Assembly (NCBI GenBank): GCA_026770705.1
Contig: JANJGN010000008.1
Span: 72,292,001-72,356,000 of the forward strand
Reading direction: 5' to 3'
Source: Isurus oxyrinchus
Taxonomy: Eukaryota
DNA length: 64,000 bases
Under the pieces are notes generated by a model. That model had not been told where the DNA came from. It searched no databases and saw only the letters and a program-made list of their open reading frames with translations. The stretch's first letter is position 1. The number at the start of each line of letters is the position of its first letter. Shown here piece by piece: positions 1-10,069 of this stretch. A program made the position numbers and the translations under genes.

Positions 1-1110
1 CTTCACATATAGAAGCCATTTCTGTCCACTTTCTTCCATAATATTTTCAAGGTCACCTTGAAGTTATTTCATAAATTGTGGTAAATGCATTTCTCATAAG
101 TAAATGCCCATCTTTTTGAGATGCATCTTGCTTGTATCTCAAGAAACATGATAACTTCACATGGCAATTTGAGGATCATTTGTAATTTGTGACTTCACTC
201 ATGGAAGTGCCAGACTAAATGCTGTTTGAGCAATTTTAAAGGAAGTTTACACGTTTTGAAATGGTGACAATTTAATTTTGAAAAAAAGTGAAATATCAGC
301 ACTTAAATTCTTATTTATGTTCGCACAAAAAATACATAACAAACAAGAACGATATGTTCATAGATTTTATTAGTTATATAGCACTTGTTGGGAGTATAAA
401 TGCTGTGTCTGTATTTTGATAAATATTGGCTTACATTACATAATTTGTATAATGTAACAGTTCAATTTATTAAACTTAATAAAATTAGTTTGTGCATTGA
501 ATATCGTTTCCATGACTTCCTGTTGCGATTTCTCTATTTGACCAAATAAAATGCCAAGATCGGAAAGTGAGGGAGGAACTTCAATGTCTTGGGACAACCG
601 TACAACAAGAAAGAATGGCAGTGGGTCTGCCACTGGCTGTAGCATCTGGAAAAACCACCTTCTATATTTTATAGAGCTACTGCTGAGATTGGTGTTGCCA
701 TCAGCAGCAACAATACAATGAAAAGCGCAATAGAATTGTGCAGTTCGTAATGCTCATGATTATATACGGGTCAGCTCTTTGAGTAAAAATATCAGCAGTC
801 TCTGTTGGCATTGATGCACTTTGGTAAACACAACAGTAGCAATTGTGCATGTGGAATGTGACCCATGCATAAAGTTCAGGGTCTTTGAAACAATTCTTTT
901 CTTTGCAGTGAACTTTGTACACTAAAATGATTAGCGTATTTTATTAGGTTTAAGAAAGATGGCTAAAAATCGATGATTAAAGTTCAGCTGAAACATAAAT
1001 TAAAGATTGAGATAAAAACAAAGAAAACTGCGGATGCTGGAAATCCAAAACAAAAACAGAATTACCTGGAAAAACTCAGCAGGTCTGGCAGCATCGGCGG
1101 AGAAGAAAAG

Positions 1111-1149
1111 AGTTGACGTTTCGAGTCCTCATGACCCTTCGACAGAACT
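1111..1149 (-). ncRNA. Hammerhead-like motif, inverted-arm copy
   Basis: Reverse complement of 4086-4124. Confidence 0.7.
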
Positions 1150-1539
1150 TGATTTCGAGTCCAAGAAAGAGTTGAAATATAAGCTGGTTTAAGGTGTGTG
1201 TGTGGGGGGGCGGAGAGATAGAGAGAGAGGGAGGTGCTTGTGTAGACAAACAAGCAGTGATAGAAGCCGATCATCAAAAGATGTCAGCAACAATGGTACA
1301 AAAGAACACATAGGTGTTAAAGTTAAAGTTGGTGATATTATCTAAACGAATGTGCTAATTAAGAATGGATGGTAGGGCACTCAAGGTACAGCTCTAGTGG
1401 GGGTGGGGGGAGCATAAAAGATTTTAAAATATTTAAAAATAATGGAAATAGGTGGGAAAAGAAAAATCTATAAAATTTATAGGGAAAAAAAAAGGAAAAA
1501 GGGGGGAAACAGAAAGGGGGTGGGGATGGGGGAGGGAGC

Positions 1540-1932
1540 TCACGACCTAAAGTTGTTGAATTCAATATTCAGACCGGAAGGCTGTAAGGTGCCTAGTCGG
1601 AAGATGAGGTGTTGTTCCTCCAGTTTGCGTTGGGCTTCACTGGAACAATGCAGTAAGCCAAGGACAGACATGTGGGCAAGAGAGCAGGGTGGAGTGTTAA
1701 AATGGCAAGCGACAGGGAGGTTTGGGTCATTCTTGCGGACAGACCGCAGGTGTTCTGCAAAGCGGTCGCCCAGTTTACGTTTGGTCTCTCCAATGTAGAG
1801 GAGACCACATTGGGAGCAACGAATGCAGTAGACTAAGTTGGGGGAAATGCAAGTGAAATGCTGCTTCACTTGAAAGGAGTGTTTGGGCCCTTGGACGGTG
1901 AGGAGAGAGGAAGTGAAGGGGCAGGTGTTACA
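1540..1932 (-). pseudogene. Second (inverted) copy of the PLE GIY-YIG endonuclease domain
   Basis: ORF 1540-1869 translates identically to the C-terminus of ORF 2512-3696; it lies in the inverted arm. Confidence 0.92.
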
Positions 1933-3696
1933 CTGACCTCTACCTCGCGGAGGCTGAGCGTCAACTCGCAGACACTTCCTCCTACCTCTCCCTGGACCAT
2001 GACCCCACCACTGAACATCAAGCCATTGTTTCCAGGACTGTCACTGACCTCATCTCCTCTGGGGATCTCCCTCCCACAGCTTCCAACCTGATAGTCGCCC
2101 AACCTCGGACGGCCCGCTTCTATCTCCTACCCAAAATCCACAAACAGAACTGCCCCGGTAGACCGATCGTCTCAGCTTGCTCCTGCCCCACAGAACTCAT
2201 TTCTCGTTATCTTGACTCCCTTCTCTCTCCCCTTGTCCAGTCCCTTCCCACCTACATCCGTGATTCCTCTGACACCTTACGTCACATCAACAATTTCCAG
2301 TTCCCTGGCTCCAACCGCTTCCTCTTCACCATGGACGTCCAATCCCTCTACACCTCCATCCCCCACCAGGATGGTCTGAGGGCCCTTAGCTTCTTCCTCG
2401 AACAGAGGCCCGAACAATCCCCATCCACCACTACTCTCCTCCGTCTGGCTGAACTTGTTCTCACGTTGAACAATTTCTCCTTCAACTCCTCTCACTTTCT
2501 CCAAATAAAAGGTGTGGCTATGGGTACCCGCATGGGCCCCAGCTATGCCTGTCTCTTTATGGGGTATGTGGAACACTCCTTGTTGCAGTCCTACTCCGGC
2601 CCCCTTCCACAACTTTTTCTCCAGTACATCGATGATTACTTCGGTGCCGCTTCATGCTCTCGTCGGGACTTGGAAAAATTTATTAATTTTGCTTCCAATC
2701 TCCACCCCTCCATCATTTTCACGTGGTCCATCTCTGACACTTCCCTTCCCTTCCTTGACCTCTCTGTCTCAATCTCTGGTGATAGACTGTCCACCAATAT
2801 CCATTACAAACCCACCGACTCCCACAGCTACCTCGACTACAGCTCCTCACACCCCGCTTCCTGTAAGGACTCCATCCCATTCTCCCAGTTCCTTCGCCTT
2901 CATCGCATCTGTTCCGATGATGCTACCTTCAAAAACGGTTCCTCTGACATGTCCTCCTTCTTCCTTAACCGAGGTTTTCCACCGACGGTTGTTGACAGGG
3001 CCCTCAACCGTGTCCGGCCCATCTCCCGCGCATCCGCCCTCACGCCTTCTCCTCCCTCCCAGAAACATGATAGGGTCCCCCTTGTCCTCACTTATCACCC
3101 CACCAGCCTCCGCATTCAAAGGATCATCCTCCGCCATTTCCGCCAACTCCAGCATGATGCCACCACCAAACACATCTTCCCTTCACCCCCCCTTATCGGC
3201 ATTCCGTAGGGATCGCTCCCTCCGGGACACCCTGGTCCACTCCTCCATCACCCCCTACTCCTCAACCCCCTCCTATGGCACCACCCCATGCCCACGCAAA
3301 AGATGTAACACCTGCCCCTTCACTTCCTCTCTCCTCACCGTCCAAGGGCCCAAACACTCCTTTCAAGTGAAGCAGCATTTCACTTGCATTTCCCCCAACT
3401 TAGTCTACTGCATTCGTTGCTCCCAATGTGGTCTCCTCTACATTGGAGAGACCAAACGTAAACTGGGCGACCGCTTTGCAGAACACCTGCGGTCTGTCCG
3501 CAAGAATGACCCAAACCTCCCTGTCGCTTGCCATTTTAACACTCCACCCTGCTCTCTTGCCCACATGTCTGTCCTTGGCTTACTGCATTGTTCCAGTGAA
3601 GCCCAACGCAAACTGGAGGAACAACACCTCATCTTCCGACTAGGCACCTTACAGCCTTCCGGTCTGAATATTGAATTCAACAACTTTAGGTCGTGA
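1932..3696 (+). pseudogene. PLE reverse transcriptase-GIY-YIG endonuclease polyprotein, 5'-truncated, one +1 frameshift
   Basis: Frame reads from 1932 (TDLYLAEAERQL..FYLLPKIHK..GRPIVS..MDVQSLYTSIP..GVAMGTRMGPSYA..YIDDYF). Frameshift in the C7 run 3186-3192, then CxxxxCxxC linker and VYCIRCSQCGLLYIGETKR..RFAEH..GLN endonuclease to the stop at 3696. Confidence 0.93.
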
Positions 3697-4085
3697 GCTC
3701 CCTCCCCCATCCCCACCCCCTTTCTGTTTCCCCCCTTTTTCCTTTTTTTTTTCCCTAGAAATTTTATAGATTTTTCTTTTCCCACCTATTTCCATTATTT
3801 TTAAATATTTTAAAATCTTTTATGCTCCCCCCACCCCCACTAGAGCTGTACCTTGAGTGCCCTACCATCCATTCTTAATTAGCACATTCGTTTAGATAAT
3901 ATCACCAACTTTAACTTTAACACCTATGTGTTCTTTTGTACCATTGTTGCTGACATCTTTTGATGATCGGCTTCTATCACTACTTGTTTGTCTACACAAG
4001 CACCTCTCTCTCTCTATCTCTCCGCCCCCCCACACACACACCTTAAACCAGCTTATATTTCAACTCTTTCTTGGACTCGAAATCA

Positions 4086-4124
4086 AGTTCTGTCGAAGGG
4101 TCATGAGGACTCGAAACGTCAACT
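4086..4124 (+). ncRNA. Minimal type I hammerhead ribozyme-like motif in PLE 3' region
   Basis: AGTT-CTGTCGA-A-GGGTC(ATGAG)GACTC-GAAA-CG-TC-AACT: stem I AGTT/AACT, stem II GGGTC/GACTC, GAAA, palindromic ACGT in place of stem III, GUC cleavage triplet. The core differs from CUGANGA at position 6. Confidence 0.72.
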
Positions 4125-4899
4125 CTTTTCTTCTCCGCCGATGCTGCCAGACCTGCTGAGTTTTTCCAGGTAATTCTGTTTTTGTTTTATAAATTAAAGA
4201 TTGTCTAGGGAGATTACAATACTTATAGTACATAAAATATGGTGTATTATTGCGCTTTTGAACAAATGTGAGGAAAACACTAGACTTTTTAAGTTACTCG
4301 ATAACGATAACAAAAAATAATATAGGATGACATTCATAAACTAATATGTGTGCATGCTTTCAGATGAAATTTTGGGACTCTGGTCCCAATTTCCAATGCA
4401 TGGGGATGAAGGTGAAGGAATAAAAAAAGGTAAATTTTTGGGGGGCGGGCAGAAATCAAAATTTTTGGCTGACCTTGGATCTGCCATGTTTCCTGTCCCA
4501 TTCTGCACCCGGAAAAAATGTGCCAGCACACTGTTTAATGCAGCCATCCGGGGAAAGCATTTCTGCAATTGTCAACTAGTATTATCAGCGTAACATAGGT
4601 GAACTTGACCTAACCTGCACAAAAGAACAGGAAATTTTAAACACAAGCTACTTCTAGCGTATTTGAGTCTCCGCAATCTTCAATATTGGTTTTAAAATTG
4701 TTTTGCCCAAAGTTAGCTCCATCCACAAAATCGCATCCCAGATTGAAGTAGGATGGTTGAGTATCTGCCGCCTCCGCCCATTTACGACTGTTTGAGGGTT
4801 TTTTTTAGGTGTACGAGAACTAGTAGGTGTGCTTGTGAATTTTTTCCATATTAATATTTATTAAATCTGATAGGGGAATAAGCAGAAATTTAGAAACTT

Positions 4900-5140
4900 A
4901 TTTAATAAGACAGTGGGTATGATGTGGAACTCACCATCACAGGAAGTGGATAAGGCAAATAACTTAGGCACTTTCGAAAGGAAACTAGATAGCCTTTTGG
5001 GAGAAATGGGACTAGAAAGATGCTGAAAGGTTATGATGAGGTTGATGGATAAGAGGAGATATGTGTGCAGTGTAAACATCACAGACTAGGTGGGGCTGAA
5101 TGGCTTGTTTCTGCGCTGTATATTCTTTGTAATTCTATCA
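4900..5140 (+). mobile_element. Degraded CR1-type LINE 3' end
   Basis: ..GTGGGTATGATGTGGAACTCACCATCACAGGAAGTGG..AAAGGAAACTAGAT.. (WNxLP..FKxxLD tail), followed by a GGGCTGAATGGC 3' UTR motif. Confidence 0.6.
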
Positions 5141-6592
5141 TATCCTAATTGTTTTAACTGCATCGGGTAGAGTTTCTGCTTTGGATACAATGGGTAACTT
5201 GGAACAAATTGCATTTGAAATTTCTGTTATTTCCAAGTGAAGTTATGATTCAAGTTTCTTTTTCTGCTTTATATTTTTGCATCTTTTCAAACTTGAATTT
5301 TTTCATGAATCAGTGTAACCAGGTAGCATAAGAGTATGTAATAGTATATTCTTATTTTTTGCTTTGCTGATGTATTTGAATGGTAACTGTTGCAATTTTA
5401 TTAATACAGCTGAAAATGGGCTTATCACAAAAAATAAGCATTTTTAAGAATTGCCCAGTCCTCCACTTTTGAGTAACTTGATTGTAAATCACTGAATATA
5501 GCTTAAAAACATAACAGAACTGGTTTACTAGTTTTTTGATGTACACTGGACAATTTGAGTAAGTACAGTTTTTCTTTTTACTAGAATCTGGATAGGGCAA
5601 ACTATTTGTAAACTAAAGGATGGCTCAGGAATGTTGACGTGTTGTGGGGTTCTTTACAGTATGCTCCTAACACAGTTGCCAGAATTGTCATAGCCTACTT
5701 TATCTGTGCTCCCTAACTTTGGTTGTCAAAAGGCATCCTCTAGGAGGAGAGGCAGGGCTTGGAAACTTTAAGTTCAGCATGTCAACCTGTGAAGAATATG
5801 CAACAGCATCACAGTTAGTAATAGGTAGGGGTCACTTTATTAGGGAAACATTCAGTCACAAGTGATCCATCTCTTGTCATTGCATCTCAGACATCAAGGC
5901 TCAGTTCTGCGGTCAGCCCCTCCACTTTCACGAACAAAAATGAACAAAATGGAATACACCAATAATTATTAACACAGTTGCTTCCACTTTATATTGTACT
6001 AATGAAATACAGAAAAATAATATACAATATGTTTTAATGGTTCTAGAACAATTTGGCAAAACACAAGTGAAGAATCACCCTAATTATTAGTCCTTGTAAG
6101 ATTATGCATCCTTTTTAACCCCATTTTCAAACTTCCAGAAGCCATGTCCGAGCCTGGCGTCTGTGCTGCTTCCTACTATTGTGATTCACTTAAAAGCTGT
6201 TGAGTCCTGTGATGCACCTGTGGCAGAATCTCTGGACTATCCTCACCAGCTTGTGTCCAGATACTTTTCTCCTCAGTTGCGAAGGCATCTCTAGCAGCAG
6301 CCCAGAGTGCTTTCTGTTGCTTCTTTCACAAAGGAGTGGGTTTCAGGAAGCACTTTCCTGAAACCTCACCAGAAAGCAGAGGTGGGATAGAGAGTTTCTG
6401 AGAGCTGTCAGAGAGCAAACCCAATTTGATAATATATGTGCCTTAAACCCTGGACAAATGGTTACTTGATAGCTTCCAAGCCCTCATATCTGTCTCTCAA
6501 GAAGCTGATTCTGAACTCATCAATCATTCCATTTGGCTTCCAGGCCACCCCAAGGATTCCAGGCCACCACAAGATGCTTCCATGTTGGAGGC

Positions 6593-7364
6593 TGTCATGA
6601 AGCTGTTAAAGTATATAATATTATTGGAAAATATTTTTCTTTTAAAATAGAGGTTTAGTCTGTGGGTGTGTCTTAGTTGGATTAAAGCCATCTAGTCTGG
6701 GTGCTTTGATGTGTACTAGTTTTGATATGCAAGAGAGATGGTGTGTATTTGCATTTTTTGAATCAAACATTCAAGAAGTGGGGTGAAAAATGATACCTAT
6801 CTAGCAGATACCAAGCCACATGTTTATATTACTAATAAAATTGGAACTATGAAAGGGGTTTTATGGTTAGAGAGGTTTAGTTCAGAGGTTGTTGATACAA
6901 TGAGAATTAACATTCAATGGGCAGTGGTAGGTATAACTTTAGCAGTTTTGTGTGAACAGGGCAGAGGCAATGTGAGATCAAGAGGCAGCTGTAAGCCTCC
7001 AACTGGCTCCACATGAACCAAAGTGAAAAGAATCTCATTTTGAATCCGTAAGGTGAAAATGCTTTGCCTGGTGTCTGGTTAAGTCTATGGGTTGCTGTTG
7101 CCTTTATGGAGATTAGTTTGGGAATTTGTTAAAAGTTATGATAGTAGTAATTTGTAGCCATGGTTATATATATTTTAACCTTTATAAATTAATAAAATGT
7201 TTCATTTAGTTTAATGGAAAACCTTGAGAGCTGGTGGTCTGATTCCTGAATTTAGAGTCACATCTCAAACATACCTTTAAAAATTATAGGTTATGACAGT
7301 TGTTTAAAGTTTCCCTCTGAGATTTTTAAATAACTCCGCTTTACCAACTACATCAGTCATAACA
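6593..7364 (+). mobile_element. Solo LTR
   Basis: Termini TGTCATGA..TCATAACA, AATAAA at ~7191, flanks GAGGC/GAGGA (near-TSD). Confidence 0.7.
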
Positions 7365-8643
7365 GAGGATCCCCCTGACTAGGGTAGGATACAGCTTTTC
7401 TTTGAGCTACCATTGACTGTAGGATGTACTGCATTACTAAGAGCTCCCTCCAATGGTGAAACAAAGATTCAAACTAATCTCAGCTGCAACTTCATCTTGA
7501 AATGGAATGCAGAGCCTGCAAATCTGTGGTGATTTCAAATGTCCTTTTTTTAAGAATCCCAATGTGACCATTGTCTGTATGTTCCAGAGTCAGGGCCTGG
7601 GCCTCCACACAGGACAGCAATTAATGAGAGATTTTGTGCAGAAAGGATGGACGTGCACAGATGATCATCTCAGATGCAACTTTTTCTTAGGGTATTTTGA
7701 GAGAGCAAGCAAAATTGAGGTAAGATAAATTAGGCATCATTATTCAAATGATCACAATATTTTTTTCAAAGGAGCAATTATCACTCGTCTTAATTTTCTC
7801 AAATTAATTTCCTTTTATCTGTTACGTTGGTGGAGCAAAACTGATGCATTATTCAGTCATTTTCAAACTTATTTTTGGGAAACCTAGGAAAAAGGCCGTG
7901 GCTCATTGAGTAAGATAAACCTGCAAGGTTGGCAAAAAGGTGATTAAATAGACTGAGTGGTTATTTGATCCAGATTTCGATTTTAAATTGTTAGAGAAAG
8001 GGAGTACAGGGGAAGGTGGAGTTTCACAATTTAGAAGGCCTAGCAAACAATGAGTTAGAAGATACTAAATCTGTAATAAATGTTTCCTAATGCTGCTGTT
8101 TTCTTCTGGAACTGATATATTAATCAAGAGTTTTATTCCTCATGTAACATTAGCAATTTCCACAATGCAAAGAATTTAAGCACAAGTTCCAGTTGCCAGT
8201 TAATCAGTGAGTGCAACTATGTTTATGCCATTTGCTGATCAGGAAGTTTATCCTAAAAGACAAAAAGATAATTGGCAAGGTTAGGCCTACCTACTGCTAA
8301 ATTAGAAAGATGGGAACAGGATTTGGGTTTCTATTAATAGGTTCCAATATTGTATCAATCCCCAATGACTTGCATACTTAAAATAATGAAATCTGATGCC
8401 TCTGTTTTGTGTCTGGAAAAGGCATGTGGATATCTATTATCCTTATTTTTAGTAGCCATATTTATCAAACTTCTGACACCAGGGGATATGTAGTCCACAG
8501 TTTATTAGTATAATTCACACTCTGTGGCTCTAATCAGCTGCTCATCTTTGCCCATAATTATGGCACAGATATAAACCTTTTGAAATGTTATCAGGATGCA
8601 ATGTGAACCATGATAGAAATGCCTCTGTTTCACTTATCTTTAA

Positions 8644-9592
8644 ATCATAGATTAACAGGAATGTTACAGTGCAGAAAGAGACCATTTAGCCCATCATGTC
8701 TGCACTGGCTCTCCCAATGACTAATTCCCATAGTGCTATTCTCCCACCTTGTCCCAGTAACCCTGCACATTCTTCCTTTTCAGATAACAGTCTAATTCCC
8801 TTTTCAATGTTTCGATTGACCCTACCTCCACCACACTCTCAGCCAGTGCATTTAAGACCTTAACTACTTGCTACATGAAAACGTTTTTTCTCATGTCGCT
8901 TTTGCTTTTTTTGCAATTACTTTAAATCTGTGCCCTCCCGTTCTCAATCCTTTCATGAGTGAGAACAGCTTCTCCTTATCTACTCTGTCCAGATCGCTCA
9001 TGGTTTTGAATACCTCTATCAAATCTCATCTCCTCTCAGCCCTTTTTTCTCCAAGGAAAAGTCCTAACTTCCCCAGTCTATTTTCATAACTGAAGTTCAT
9101 CATTCCTGAACTATTCTCATTAATCTTTTCTGCAGTCTCTTTAGTGCCTTCACATCCTTCCTAAAGTGCAGCACTCAGAACTGGATATAATACTCCAGCT
9201 CTGTCTGTACTAGTGGCTTAAACAAGCTCAACATAACCTCCTTGCTTTTGCACTCTATGCCTCTATTAATAAAGCCCAGGATACTGTATGCCTTATTGAC
9301 CTCTCTGAACCTGTCTTGCCACCTTCAATGACTTATGCACATATACACCCAGATCCCTCTGCTTCTGCACCCCCTTTAGAATTGTACCCTTTTATTTTAT
9401 ATTGTTCTTCGTACCAAAATGAATCACTTCATATTTCTCTGAATTGAACTTCGTCTGCCCATTCCACCAACTTGTTTATGCCCTTTTGATGTTCTACACC
9501 ATCCTCTTCACAGTTCACAATGCTTCCAACTTCCATTTCATCTGCAAACTTTGAAATTGTGCCCTGCACACCAACGTCTAGATCATTAATAT
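8644..9592 (-). mobile_element. CR1-type LINE 3' fragment
   Basis: Reverse-strand CR1 RT C-terminal signatures (KFAD-like ATCTGCAAACTT, CCAGAACTGGATATAATACTCCAGC-like segment) and CR1 3' UTR. Confidence 0.75.
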
Positions 9593-10069
9593 AAATAAAT
9601 GATCAAATAATTGAAAGGGTTTTACTTACTTGGCTAATTAAGATAATGTAACATATTGATTTGGCTCAGTGGTAGCTTTATTGTCTCTACTCCAGAAGCT
9701 GATTACCTCCCTGTTCTCACAATTCTGTGATGGAGTGCTGTGGTTGAAGGTACTTTTTTTTTTGCTTGAGACATAAACCTGAGACCATGGCCAAAGTTTT
9801 CTTTTTGGCGGATGGCGGCGGACCGGATCGCTGCCTGCAATCGGAGCCATGCAGCCATTTTGTGCCAGCGGGCCAATTAAGGCCCACCCAGTGCATTTCT
9901 GACTCCCGTGGAGAGCGGGAGTCTGAAGTTTGCAGTGGGCGTGTACAGACCACCGGGTCCAATGGCGACCAGGCAGTCTGTTTAAAAAAAAAGGCCTGGC
10001 AGCCTCCTTTAAGCTGTTTACAATGGCCAGCTACAGGTGGTACTGCAGGGGGTCTGCACAGCAGGTCAA

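Larger units (their letters stand above)
1010..4188. mobile_element. Young Penelope-like retroelement (PLE), 5'-truncated, with an inverted copy of its 3' part (tail-out palindrome)
   Basis: RT + GIY-YIG coding sequence; arm 1047-1932 is the near-perfect reverse complement of 3304-4188; direct repeat ATAAATTAAAGATTG at 995-1009 and 4189-4203 (15-bp TSD). Confidence 0.95.

Noticed and set aside
436-922. Minus-strand exon after the CTAATCATTTTAG acceptor at ~922, and ORFs 436-645 and 701-922
   Set aside because: All frames hit stops with no convincing donor and no recognisable protein.
2512-3190. N-terminal Ser/Pro-rich part of the 394-aa ORF as an overlapping protein
   Set aside because: Shadow frame of the C-rich RT; only the part after the C7 frameshift is the real endonuclease frame.
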